Shown piece by piece: positions 12,990 to 25,700 of a stretch of 64,000 nucleotides of DNA. How positions within the stretch are numbered: position 1 is the first letter of the stretch; every line of letters starts with the position of its first letter. The position numbers were made by a program, and so were the translations under genes. The stretch comes from Blastocystis sp. Blastoise (taxonomy: Eukaryota > Protista > Bigyra: Opalinata): positions 434,001 to 498,000 of the forward strand of contig JBBPEB010000020.1 of the NCBI GenBank assembly GCA_039096225.1, given 5' to 3'. Under the pieces are notes generated by a model. The model was not told the DNA's origin, did not search any database, and saw nothing but the letters and a program-made list of their open reading frames with translations.

Positions 12990-15900
12990 TTATTTTTTAT
13001 TTTTTTTACCATATTTATGATATTCTGACTTATTATCGGAACCGTCTGTTGAATTTTCTTTCACTCTTTTTGCTATTTTGTTCAATTCATTATCATGGTC
13101 TATTACAAATCCATGTTGTACTCGACAATCTACTCTTGGTCTAGGTTTTTTATTTTTCTTACCATATTTGTGATATTCTGACTTATTATCGGAACCATCT
13201 GTTGAATTAACTCTTATTCGTTTTGTTGTTTTGTTTTTTTCTATTTTCTTTTCTTTTACTAAATCAGGGTCTACTTGTTTTTGTATCTTTTGAGAAGGAG
13301 CTTTGTTTGCTTTATTATATCTATGATAAACTGGTATTTCGTCAGAGTCAGAACTTTCTGTCGAAGATTTTTTATCAGATTTTATTTCATTAAGCATTTC
13401 TTTTGCATAAATGTTTGATTTAACTTGATTTTTATCTATTTTTTTACGACTTAGTTTTTTAATAAATTCACTAACCTCAGAATCAGTTGATATTATTTCA
13501 TCTGATTCAGTTTTGTTATTATCATTGTCTTTAATTGAATTTTTAACGTTTGATGGTATGATTTCATCAATTTCTTTTAAGAAATCATTCATTTCACTAA
13601 TAACATTATGTACTTCCTGAAATGTTGCTTTATCAGTATTAAGTGTATCATCATGTTTTATTGAGTTTTCATTATTATTATTATTATTATTAATATCAGT
13701 GTCACTACTATTAGAATCATTATTAATTATATTATCTATATCTATATCAATAACATCATTGTTAGGTATATTATTTTGTGAAGATTCATTATTTAAATTA
13801 TTATTTGAAACATTATTTTCAGTATTCATGTTTGAATCAATTGAATTTCTTACACTTTGTTCATTTATTATTGGTTCTTCATTATTTCCTGCATTCAATT
13901 GTGACTGTTCCCATTCGTTTAATTGTTGCATATTTGATGATAAATCATTAATTTCTTCTTGAAGTCTAACAATATTTTCTGTTAATGTGTCTGAATTTAT
14001 TGTGCTATTAAAGCCTATTGGCTGTATTACTTCTTCATTATACATATAATTGTATTGTTGTGCTAATTCATTGTAAACGTTTAGAAGCATTTCCCTTTCC
14101 ATTTGTTCAGACATTTGTCTTTCTTGTTCTCTTAAATAGATTTCGTCATTATTATTATTTTCATTTTCACTTGAATAAATAGTTGCTTCTGAATCAACAG
14201 GAACATTATTATTTTCATTTTCACTAGAATATATAGTAGCTTCTGAATCAATAGGAACATTATTATTATTTTCATTTTCACTAGAATATATAGTAGCTTC
14301 TGAATCAACAGGAACATTATTATTTTCATTTTCACTAGAATAAATAGTAGCTTCTGAATCAATAGGAACATTATTATTATTTTCATTTTCACTAGAATAT
14401 ATAGTAGCTTCTGAATCAACAGGAACATTATTATTTATTACATCAGAATAATTTGAATTATCATAGCATGATTCAAAGTCTTCAGAATTATTATTAGATT
14501 TTTTATTTAATGAAACATTAAATAAATTTGTATGTATTGAATTATTATTCGCTGATAATTTGAAATTATTACTTTGTGGAGAATAAGAACTATCTGAATA
14601 TTCACTTACAGAATAAAACATTTCCTCATCATCTAAAATAGGGATATCAACTGAATTATTTATTGGTGCTTCTACTGGATTTTCAGGTATTTCATTATAT
14701 TGTTGATTAGAAAAATCTCTATTTATAGGTTCATTGCTTATGTTACCTATTATTATATCTGGATTATTTGAATTATTATTTAATGAATTATCTTGAGGTA
14801 TGTAAGATTCACTATCAGATAATAAGTTATTACTATTATTTTTTCGTTTTCTCATATACTCTTCGTCACTATTGTTGTTAACAATTCTTTTTATGCTTTT
14901 ATTATCATATTTATTTATATTAATATTTTTTTTATTGATGCTAATAGCAGGTTTTCGTTTATTTCTATAATTCATATTTATATCATTATCATTGTTTTCC
15001 ATGTTATGAAATATATTTTTATCAATTAATTGTTGATTCGATTGTATAAAGTCGTTATTTAAATTTTCATTATTCTCATGCTCAGAATTATTATTATCAA
15101 TATCTATATCAATTTTATTATTTGAATCTATGTCACTATCAACTTCATCAAAAACTTCATTTAAATTAGAATAATTCTGGTTTTGATTAATTGATGGTGA
15201 ACTTGAATCATTATTTTGTTTAATGTTAGATTCATTATGACTTGAGTTAACAATTGAATCTAAACTAGGAATTTTTTCAGATTGTTGGGGGATTGATGAA
15301 ATAATAGTATTACTATTATTTGAATCTAAATTATTACTATCATTATTATTTTGTTCATAAACATTATTGTCTTTGATACTAAATACTGGTATTTGTGTTT
15401 GTAGTGTTTGAGGGACTTCTTTTTTTACCGATGTAGTATTAGTAATTTCATTTATATTGGGTATTTGCTGAATATTTTGATTGACAGGATTCATTTTAAA
15501 ATCATCATCACTTGACGAAGAAGTTTCAGTATCTTCTTCATTTAACGATAAATCAACACCAGAATCTTTATTTTGATTTGAAATATTATCATTCATACTA
15601 GAATTACTAGTAACGTTAAATTGTTGCGATACATTTGTTTGAGTTGTTTGAGGAATTCTAATCCCATTGTTATCATATTGCTTTGGGTTTTCATTATCGT
15701 TGTCATCATCACTGTCATCATTGTCATCATTATCTTGTTTGTCTATGTCAATGTCATTATTATTATTGCTATTAACATAATTCTGATTATCTATATCTAA
15801 ATCTACACCATTATTATTATTCACATAATGCTGATTATATATATCTAAATCTACACCATTATTATTATTATTCACATAATTCTGATTATCTATATCGTTA

Positions 15901-16613
15901 TCTTCATCTCTATTTCCTTGATTTCCGTCATAAAAATCTTCATCAACATCCATATTATTTCTGTTTTCAATAAATCTATTATATATTTCTGCATATTCTT
16001 CAGAATCTAATGGATATGAATTTGAATAGTCATATGGATTATATGGATGAATTTTTGATTTATCATAATTTCCTAATGGAGGATAGAAAGGATTATTATT
16101 TGACTTATTTTGTTCTTCCTCAATTCCATTTTTCGATAAACCATACATATAATCAGTTGGAAGATGAAACATATTTGCATATGTATTATTACTAAATTTT
16201 TCATCTTCTTCACTATATTTAATAAGAAAATCTAATTCGTCGTTTGTAAATGGCTGATTATGGTCAAGTCGTCTTTGTTGTTCAATTTCAAATGCATTTA
16301 ATTTATCCTTTGCCCATGGTGGAAATAAATTAGTATTTTCATCATACCAGTGTTCAGGTGCTATATCAAAATCATCTTCATTATCATTATATTTGCGGTA
16401 TAGTAAATTTCTTTTTTTCAATAAACGATAATAAATTCGTTTATTTCGTTCATTTTCTTTATCTTCCAAATTGTCATTATAAGATTGATCATTATATTCA
16501 TAATCAGGATGAATTTGTGCTCTAGCCTCATGAACCCGATAATCATTTATATTTAAATCATCTGGTGAATCGTTTATATTAGCTTTATTTCTGATATTAA
16601 AATCACGATTCAT
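12990..16613 (-). CDS. 1207-aa intronless Asn/Asp-rich low-complexity protein, probably of viral origin
   Basis: Long uninterrupted ORF; five VP(V/I)DSEATIYSSENEN repeats; duplicated C-terminal NSTDGSDNKSEYHKYGKKNKK; TTGTTTGT 5 nt after the stop. Confidence 0.75.
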   Translation of the reverse strand: MNRDFNIRNKANINDSPDDLNINDYRVHEARAQIHPDYEYNDQSYNDNLEDKENERNKRIYYRLLKKRNLLYRKYNDNEDDFDIAPEHWYDENTNLFPPWAKDKLNAFEIEQQRRLDHNQPFTNDELDFLIKYSEEDEKFSNNTYANMFHLPTDYMYGLSKNGIEEEQNKSNNNPFYPPLGNYDKSKIHPYNPYDYSNSYPLDSEEYAEIYNRFIENRNNMDVDEDFYDGNQGNRDEDNDIDNQNYVNNNNNGVDLDIYNQHYVNNNNGVDLDIDNQNYVNSNNNNDIDIDKQDNDDNDDSDDDNDNENPKQYDNNGIRIPQTTQTNVSQQFNVTSNSSMNDNISNQNKDSGVDLSLNEEDTETSSSSDDDFKMNPVNQNIQQIPNINEITNTTSVKKEVPQTLQTQIPVFSIKDNNVYEQNNNDSNNLDSNNSNTIISSIPQQSEKIPSLDSIVNSSHNESNIKQNNDSSSPSINQNQNYSNLNEVFDEVDSDIDSNNKIDIDIDNNNSEHENNENLNNDFIQSNQQLIDKNIFHNMENNDNDINMNYRNKRKPAISINKKNININKYDNKSIKRIVNNNSDEEYMRKRKNNSNNLLSDSESYIPQDNSLNNNSNNPDIIIGNISNEPINRDFSNQQYNEIPENPVEAPINNSVDIPILDDEEMFYSVSEYSDSSYSPQSNNFKLSANNNSIHTNLFNVSLNKKSNNNSEDFESCYDNSNYSDVINNNVPVDSEATIYSSENENNNNVPIDSEATIYSSENENNNVPVDSEATIYSSENENNNNVPIDSEATIYSSENENNNVPVDSEATIYSSENENNNNDEIYLREQERQMSEQMEREMLLNVYNELAQQYNYMYNEEVIQPIGFNSTINSDTLTENIVRLQEEINDLSSNMQQLNEWEQSQLNAGNNEEPIINEQSVRNSIDSNMNTENNVSNNNLNNESSQNNIPNNDVIDIDIDNIINNDSNSSDTDINNNNNNNENSIKHDDTLNTDKATFQEVHNVISEMNDFLKEIDEIIPSNVKNSIKDNDNNKTESDEIISTDSEVSEFIKKLSRKKIDKNQVKSNIYAKEMLNEIKSDKKSSTESSDSDEIPVYHRYNKANKAPSQKIQKQVDPDLVKEKKIEKNKTTKRIRVNSTDGSDNKSEYHKYGKKNKKPRPRVDCRVQHGFVIDHDNELNKIAKRVKENSTDGSDNKSEYHKYGKKNKK
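14150..14430 (-). repeat. Five coding tandem repeats (57-60 bp) encoding VPxDSEATIYSSENENNN
   Basis: Directly visible in the sequence and the translation. Confidence 0.9.
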
Positions 16614-16629
16614 TCCATTTGAATTAAAC

Positions 16630-17299
16630 CTAATGCGGAATATTAGGATCTATATTGTATGACTTTTTGACAATACCATATTTAGATATGGCATTCTTTA
16701 GTTTATTATATTTTTGCTTTAATTTTCCTTTTACTGCTAGTCCTATTTGTGCTACTCGAAAAACATCTGTTGCGGCATCTTGTGGCATTTTTTCTGAGCC
16801 ATTTGAATTTTTTAAATATCTAAGATAATTTTGCTCTCCAGCTTTATATAAGCTTCTAAAACCACGTGGTATATTACCATTTTTTTTCCAATTCTCTAGT
16901 CTTTCCTTATATGATGGATAAACACCCCCCATAAGCTTCCATGCCCTAATATCATCCTTAATTTTTTGGCCTGTAAATTTACCCATAACGCCAATATTTT
17001 TTATTTTTTGTTTAGCATAGTCTCTCCAATCACTTTGTACATTTCCTTTTTTATTCTCATTTTGTTCTGGAACATTATCATGCATATTTTGTTCTGGATC
17101 ATAAATATATCTTTCTGGATTATATGCATATGGACAATTATGCTTTTCATTTCCATAATTTAATTTTACATTATTTTTTTCCAAGGAAGATATTTATTTA
17201 ATGTACTTAGAATTTTCCATGCACCTCCTCTTTTAATTTTTATATTACCACCTTTTATATCACTAAAATCAAAATTATCTATAATAGATTCATTATTGA
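16630..17299 (-). pseudogene. 5'-truncated, frameshifted viral core-protein-like gene
   Basis: FSDIKGGNIKIKRGGAWKILSTLNKYLP joins, through a frameshift in an A7 run (~17175-17181), to the 184-aa ORF. Resembles QSGDGILRVKRGGGFWSGLMDYAP of 56542-58188. Cut off by the Helitron 3' end at 17300. Confidence 0.55.
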
Positions 17300-20018
17300 C
17301 TAGGGTCACGCCGCAGGTCCAGTGCCTAACGGCCCCGGACCGCGGCTGCATAAAATCATATATGTTTGGCTTTTTGTATCTTTTATCATTTATTATCTAT
17401 TGTTATTTATTATTTATCATTTATTATATATTATTATTTATTATCTATTATCCATTATTATTTATTATCTATTATTTTTAATTTACTGTATATTATTATT
17501 TATTATCTATTATTTATTACATTTCTTATACTCTATATGGAGAGTTATAATCAGTAAATGATTGTAATCAGGTTCAATTCCTGATATAAGTATCTTTTAG
17601 ATTCTTTTTTATAATATGTAAAAAACTAAAAGAATTTCTTAGATACTAAAAACGAAATTTGTATTATTATATATTATTTATTATTTTAAAAATATATTTT
17701 GTATTTAGTAATAATTAAACAACTGTTTTAAGCATTTTTTGAGTTTTTAAAGTCAACAACTTTAGAAATGAGTCACAATGTGAAGTACTCTTGAGTATTT
17801 TTAATTCATAAAATTTATTTAAATAAACGTAATATAATGATTTAAACTCATTTTAATACTTTTTAAAAGAATTAGAAAGCTTTAATCATAACAAAGTCAG
17901 CATTCATTCTAACTTTGACTAATAAAACATGGTTTAAAAAGTTAATATTTCTTCAGTTGTCTCAAATACTTATTTTAATCATAAATGACTCGAAAAAGTG
18001 ACTTTTAAATAGACTTTACCCATTCAAGATCCACTGTATCAAAATAGTTTCCGTCAGTCTTTTGATATAGTATAGAGTTAATCACACTATTTATTAAATA
18101 AAAGTAAATGTTTTGAATCTCTGTCTTAAAGACCCTTTTTGACACATTATGCAAAGTTGACACACTTAAACTCATTTTTAAATGCTAATATTTACACAAT
18201 ATACTCAATATAACGTTAGCTACACATTGGTCATCACTTTAAAACATTTTATAAACCTTTTGCATTTGCTCATTTACTTCGACCAAAATATTTTCATCCC
18301 TCCTTTTGATATAATATAGACTGTGTGGTCTAGTTATATGAAAGTGAGGGGGAATTTTGAATCTCGTCCTCTAAGTCAATCATTTTCACATTTTTAAAAA
18401 TTAAGACCCTTAGAGTTGATTATTGAAGTTAATTTTTCTACAGTGTTCCAAAAACACGATTTTGCACAAACTGAAGTAAAAATATTTTTTCAATAACTCT
18501 CACAACCCTTCACACATCCACTCTCTAAAAATAGTTTTTGCTATATTTTTGATATGTTGTAGAGTGTCTCTTAGTGTATACTGAACAATATCTCGTTTCT
18601 TAAAACTCTCATTTTATGACTCTCTTTGAACATATTTTTACTAATTGAAAGGCTTAAACATATTTTTAAAAGCTAATATTTATATAGTAGACTTTATATG
18701 ACAATATGAACACATTAGTCATCACTTTAGACTTTTTAAAGACACTTTACCATTTGGTCATACACTTTGATCAACATATTTTCGTCCCTCCTTTAAACAT
18801 AATATAGATCATACACTCTAGTTTAATGAATAAACACTCTTATTTTGAATCTCGTCCTCTAAGTCAGTCATTTTTACATTTTTTTAAATTTAAGACCCTT
18901 AGAGTTAATTTTTTGACTCAATTTTTCTACAGTGCACGAAATTCACGATTTTGCTCAAACTGAAGTAAAAATAAATTTTTAATAACTCTCACAACACCTC
19001 ACACATCCACTCTTTAAAAATTATTTTCTTTGTACTTTTGATATGTTGTAGAGCTACTACAGCTGTACACTGATTAATATCTCTAAATTTTTTATTCATA
19101 GTTTAAGACTATGTTTTATACATTCTTTTGAATTTGACAACCTTAAACTATTTATTTAAAGCTCTTATTCAAAGAATAGACGTGATTCAACACTTTGAAC
19201 ACATATAGAAACCCTTTTACTTTTTAAGACACATTTTGTCATTTGGTCATACACTTTGACCTTCATAATTTTTAATCTCCTTTTGACATAGTATAGAGTA
19301 TTATCTCTAGTTTATTAAATAAAAGTCATTATATTGAATCTCTTACTCTAAGACCACTTAATTCACATTTTTCAAAATTGTCATACTCAAACTCATTATT
19401 TTAAGACTTTGTTTTAACTATAGTAGTTTGAGGACCTATTGATTACTATGATACAATATTAGTCAATTATAAGAAGATCGATGAAAATATCGATCACTCA
19501 AAAATCGTCCTCAGGAGCTCAAAATTGGTACACCTAGGTTTTTAGACCTCCTGAATCAGAATATGATGTCAAAATAAGAATCTAAATTTGACTGTTAAGG
19601 CCTCACGTGTTCAATATGAAAAAGTATTAAAAAATAGATAAATATAAAGAATAAACACGGATAACGTATATTGTGGGATTGAGAAAAAATCAAGTTTACC
19701 CCATGTTTATTATCTTATTGTCTGGTCAACAATTTTTATCGGGGTCACCCCAAAGAGCCAATCAAAAACGACTCAAAAATCATGTTTTCTGTTCTTTTAT
19801 TAATAACTTTTTAATTATAAATAATATCGCTTAACCAAATATACGGTGCACAACTACAGCTTATATCCTATTGAACTGTGTTTCAACCAAAAGTTAACTC
19901 CCCATAAGTTTAGAGGAGTTGTGGGTACAAACTATAGTATACCTTAGCCAATCAAATGGTTTTTCCAAAAACTGACCAATGGGAATTTTTTTGCCTATTT
20001 GCTTTATAATAGTAATGA
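17300..20018 (-). mobile_element. Non-autonomous Helitron, copy 2
   Basis: A|TC at 20018; hairpin plus CTAG|T at 17300; reverse complement of 1208-3933 with scattered substitutions. Confidence 0.9.
17525..17590 (+). other. Degenerate tRNA-like cloverleaf in Helitron copy 2
   Basis: CTTATA/TATAAG acceptor; CTCT-ATATGG-AGAG D-arm; long AATCA/TGATT arm; TCAGG-TTCAATT-CCTGA T-arm. Confidence 0.45.
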
Positions 20019-20043
20019 TATATATATATATATATATATATAG

Positions 20044-20137
20044 ATTCAAGATTAAAACCGTCGATTCAAGGTATATATTAGATTATATTATATTATACTT
20101 ATTATATATATAGATTCAGGATCAAAGCTATTGACTC

Positions 20138-20174
<37 letters not shown>

Positions 20175-21582
20175 CTATATTATACTTATTATATATATAG
20201 ATTCACGATCAAAGCTATTGACTCAAGGTATATATATATATAATATTATATATATGTATTATATTATATGGGTTAAATCCCGATAGTCAAGTTTTCAGAC
20301 ATTCATTTTACCAGTTGACATTTGTGCCTTAATTATTTACAAGTTGACATTTGTGTCCTAATTTTTTACGAGTTGACATTTGTGCCTTAATTATTTACGA
20401 GTTGACATTTGTGCCTTAATTTTTTACGAGTTGACATTTGTGTCTTAATTTTTTACGAGTTGACAATTATAATTTAATTTTTTACGAGTTGACATTTGTG
20501 TCTTAATTTTTTACGAGTTGACAACTATGATTTAATTATCTACGAGTTGACAATTATGAATAATTTATTTGTATTTTTATTTTTAATATTTTCATGACTA
20601 TTTTTAACAAAGAAACCTGAAAAAAAAATATTTTTCTTTAAAAAATCTGAAATAATTAAATTACTATTTTTAACTTATAAATAATTAAATCATAGTTGTC
20701 AACTCGTAAAAAATTAAATTATAATTGTCAACTCGTAAATAATTAAGGCACAAATGTCAACTCGTAAAAAAATAGGACACAAATGTCAACTTGTAAATAA
20801 TTAAGGCACAAATGTCAACTCGTAAATAATTAAGGCACAAATGTCAACTCGTAAAAAATTAGGACACAAATGTCAACTTGTAAATAATTAAGGCACAAAT
20901 GTCAACTCGTAAAAAATTAGGACACAAATGTCAACTCGTAAATAAATTTCTGAAAACTTGACTATCGGGATTTAACCCATATTATATTATATTATATATA
21001 TAGATTCAGGATCAAAGTCGTTGACTCAATGTATATATTATATTATATTATATTATATTATACTTATTGTATATATAGATTCAGGATTAAAACCATTGAT
21101 TCAATGTATATATAATATTATATTATGTTATATCATATTATAATATATATATAGATTCAGGATCAAAACCATTGACCGAAGGTATATATATATAACATTA
21201 TATATCAACACTATATATATAGATAATGAATTGAATCATATTTCAAATAATGGTATATGCATATATATTATATACTACTATATATATATATATACTATAC
21301 TATATATATAGCTGAATGTAAGCGATCAAAGCATTCCCTAATGAAAAGTATATATATATATATATTCATAGAAAGCCGCCGAACACTGTCAAAAAGTAGT
21401 TCAAAAAAGCGTTCAAGCAACAATTCATTCGAGGGTATCTTTTTAGTTTTATAATATATCTATTATTATTCTTAGACTCACAAGATGATAAAATACAATT
21501 CAAATACAAAAAAAATAAAAAACATAATGTGTCCTCTTTGTTTAATATAAATTGTTCGAGTATTCTTTTTAATTTTTTTTAA
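20044..21582 (+). CDS. 3' part of a micro-exon gene (six 27-nt repeated exons, then 30, 36 and 63 nt, then a terminal exon)
   Basis: All exons are bounded by tag|...|gta, all introns are phase 1, and the spliced frame is open: DSRLKPSIQ DSGSKLLTQ DSRSKLLTQ DSGSKSLTQ YSGLKPLIQ YSGSKPLTE DNELNHISNN AECKRSKHSLMK KSRRTLSKSSSKKRSSNNSFE DSQDDK... Confidence 0.7.
20270..20978. mobile_element. Mutator-like (MULE) foldback MITE in an intron
   Basis: TIR GGGTTAAATCCCGATAGTCAAGTTTTCAG; internal ~30-bp repeats (agttgacatttgtg) mirrored at both ends; 9-bp TSD ATATTATAT (low complexity). Confidence 0.85.
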
Positions 21583-22033
21583 ATTTTTCTTATGTTGTGA
21601 TATTTTTCATCTATTCTTATTAAATATTTTCTTCTTAAATATTTTTCTATTTTTATTCTTTTCCATTTTCATTTCTCACATTATTAAATATTTTACAATT
21701 TCTATTTTATTTTGTTTTCTTATAATTTACTTGAATATATATATTTGTTATTGAGTTTAACCTATATAAAATGCCCGACTCTGCTTTATAAAAGTTCATG
21801 ATGTCTCTTTATATAGTTTAAAGTTTATGAACTCATATAATATTTTAAATATATCATTTAAACTATAAGATACAAAATAGAATGTTGTTGTTTTATATTT
21901 TATATGTGTTTGCTTTGTTTTTGTGTTGTAAATTATTTGCTATTGCGAATTAATATTACACACTTTTGTTTTTGATATGTTTGATCTCGAAAATATTTTC
22001 ATTAACTTACAAAATATATTATCATATATATAG

Positions 22034-22536
22034 ATTGTAAAAGAGTTGAAAATACTTTTGAGTTTCATACATCTTGCTTTTGTCTTAACAACAAGGGAGA
22101 CAAAGGTATATTATTGTCTAATAAAATAATAAAAATATTTTTATTGTTTCGTCTTTAGATAATAATAACTACAAAAACACCCTTGAGAAAACATTTTTTA
22201 ATAGTAAGTTATTTACTATTAATTGTGAAGGTATGTTTTGATGTGAAAACAACCTAAAATATATATAGGAACTACAGACTCAGAAATAACAAATAAATTT
22301 ATATTTAAAGACAACATAACTCTTTTTGCAAATAAAAACAGATTTTCAACATGTCCAACAAATCAAGGTAAATATTTTTATAATTTAAATTCTATTATGA
22401 CTTGATAGTTACTTTAAATAATAATAATCAGGAAAATGAAAGTGACGAGGATCTCTCAAGTCCTCCTTATTATGATGAAAGGGTTTCACCTCCTACTTCT
22501 CCTGTTTATCCTGTTTCTTCTCCTGAATATTATTAA
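22034..22536 (+). CDS. Short multi-exon ORF with a Ser/Pro-rich acidic tail; start not found
   Basis: Four exons with phase-1 GT-AG introns splice to an open frame ending ...DEDLSSPPYYDERVSPPTSPVYPVSSPEYY*. Confidence 0.4.
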
Positions 22537-22730
22537 GGAGTTTTTTGTTTTTTGCTTATAAGCATTTTATTGTTTTGTATTGTTTTATTTCTTTTTTTCT
22601 TTGTTATATTTTATTTTGTTTTGTTAAATATATTATTTTTAAAAATTATTAAAAAATAAAATATCTAAATATATATGTTTACAAATATCTATATTGTTTA
22701 ATTAATTAAATCTTATATATAATACTATAG

Positions 22731-25700
22731 GAAACAAAAGAAAGCGATTTAATTCTCTTAAAAGAAGAGATATATTTGGAAATTTTATTAATTCACAAAA
22801 TTCAAAAATGAAAAATAATCAAGTATTAAACGAAAATCAAAATGATTTTAATCAACACAATTCGTTATTAAATAACAATAATTCTTTAAATAATGAAGAA
22901 ATAGTAACTGAACAACACCCAATACAACTAAACAATATAGAAACTATATCTTCTTCTTCTTCTATTCCAAGTGTTACTTCAACTCAAAGTAATAATAATA
23001 ATCTAATTGAAGCATCAATTAATGAAACAAATTTTATTGAATCAGATTTAAATAATAATACAAATTTAAATAATGGAATTATATATGAAACTTTAATAAA
23101 TGAAACAGATTTTATTGAAACTGACATAAATAATAATGAAAATATATCTCAATCAATAGTTGATGATAGTTTTAATTCCACTTTTGTTTTTGAAAATAAT
23201 GAAACAAATAATAATACACAACCTACTATATTAAATAATCCTATAACTCCTTTACATAATCAACACAATAATGATATACTTTCAGATAATAATAATAGTA
23301 TCAATAATAATCATATTCCATCTATACATAATACACCAAATTCTAATACAAATAATCAAATAGTATCTCCTTCTACTTCTCTCATTATAACACCTCCTAG
23401 ATTATCTCCTCTTGATTCAAGAATAATTAATTCTTCTTCTTCTTCTCATAATAGTAATAATAATTCTATTATTCCTCCTTTACCCAGATCATCAATATTA
23501 GATATATTAAATTATTATCAAATATCTCCTATTCAAAATCCTAATAATAATAATCTATTATCAACAAATATAAATAATCATAGAAGAAGAATTAGTTTTG
23601 ATTCTTCTACTTCAGATGATGATACAAGTTCAGATAGTGATTTCACACCTATTATTCCTCCTAATACTACTAATAATCCTATTTTGCAAATAGAACCAAT
23701 AAACTCTACAAATAATAACGATATAGATATAGATAATCAAAATGAAAATAATAATGAAGAAAATAATAATGAAGAAAATAATAACAATATTCCTATTGTA
23801 ATAAGATTTGAAAACTGTGAAGCATGTATTAAATTAAGTATGTTTAATATTATATCATTATATTATTATAATTCTTTATGATAATAAAACTATTATTATA
23901 TTATGTATAGGAAATGGAGAACAAATAATAGAAGAGAATGAAATAGATATTCATAGAAATAATAAATATGAATATTATAATATAGGTAAAATGAATCATG
24001 TTTGTATTCATTGTGAAGCTCTTCATTTTGAAGCTGAAAGAACAAATTATAAAATACCAAAATATAGAAAAAATAGTAATACGAATATTACATATTATAA
24101 CAATGATAATAATTATATAATTCAAAATAATTGTTTATTTACAATGTGTTGTAATAATGGGAAAGTGAAAGTAGAATCACCTATAAATCTTCCAAATGAA
24201 TTATTAAATCAATTAAAGAGTCAGACTCCAAATAATAAATTATTTAGAAATGAGATAAGAAGATATAATAATGCTTTTGCTTTTGCTTCTATGTCATGTT
24301 CTAATGTAGTAACAAGAATGAATGGTCCAGGACCATATTTTTATAGAGTTCATGGTAATGTATATCATTCTATGAGTGATTTATATCCTTCTGATAATTC
24401 TCCTCCTTCTTTTAATCAAATATATATTTATGATGAAGAAGAAGCTCTTCATATTCGAAATGGAAATAGTATGTTTTCAGAATTATCTTCTGATTTATTA
24501 TTAAGTATTGATTCTATGATAAGAAATAATAATAAAATATATGAATCTTTTAAAACATTACATGAACAAGTAACAGAATCAAGAAGAATAAATAATACTA
24601 CTTATTCACAAGTAAATTTAAAATTACAATTTAAAATAAGTAATTATGATGATAGAAGAAGATTTAATGCTCCTACTACAACAAATGAAATAGCTATGAT
24701 TATACCAAAACAAAATGATGAAGGTTTACCAAATATTAATCTTTCATGTTATCCAAGAAGAAGAAGAAGAAATGGAAATGAAAATGAAAATGAAAATGAA
24801 AATATATCAGAACAACAAAAAACAAATCTTAGTTATAATAATCCATTTTGTGATCCATTAATATATCCATTAATGTTTCCTTATGGATTACCATTATGGA
24901 GTTTAGAATCTACTTCTAATATTATACATAATTCTGAATTACATTTAAATCGTCAAAATAATAATAATAATAATAGAAATATTTCTACAAGAACAACAAC
25001 TAATAATAATAATAATGAGAATGAAATAATAGAAGAAGTAGAAAATGAATTAAATAATAGAAATAATTATAGAATAAATAATAATCATACAGAGAATAAT
25101 GATAGTAATGGAGATGATTCAAAATCGATGAGAATTATTCCAATTTTTAGAAATAGATCAGAAAGAGGATTTCCATTAGATATTTTAGGAAATGAATTTT
25201 ATACTATACCTACTATTTCATTAAGAGAATTTTATTCTTATTTATTATATACAAGACATCCTAATCATAAGAATTATTTATTATTATTTGAAAAATTATT
25301 ATTACAATTTATGGTTGATGCAGCTACAAAAATAGAATATTCAAGATTATTATTTATAGCAAATAATCAAACAAAATTAAGATCAGAGAAATATTCTGTA
25401 TTTAGAGATACAGTGAATGAGATGATACGAAATGGATTTAGTGATGAATATATAAGAAGTAGAATGGGAAAAGCAGTTATTATTCCATCAAGTTTTGTAG
25501 GTGGTCCTCGATATATGAAAAATTCCTATTTAGAAACAATGGCTATTGTAAGAGCTTATGGTAAACCAGATTTATTTATAACCATGACTTGCAATCCAAA
25601 TTGACCAGAAATCTTAGAATCATTAGAAGAAGGTCAACAACCTTGGATGAGACCTGATATAGTAGATAGAGTATTTTATATAAAATTGAAAATCTTAACT

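Noticed and set aside
1208-20018. 2.7-kb inverted repeats as TIRs of one large Polinton/foldback element
   Set aside because: Each copy has its own TC...hairpin-CTAG Helitron termini, and copy 1 sits inside an intron whose exons are intact on both sides.
20044-21181. CRISPR-like array of 27-bp repeats
   Set aside because: The repeats are diverged and bounded by AG/GT; the spacers are TA-rich introns. Better explained as micro-exons.
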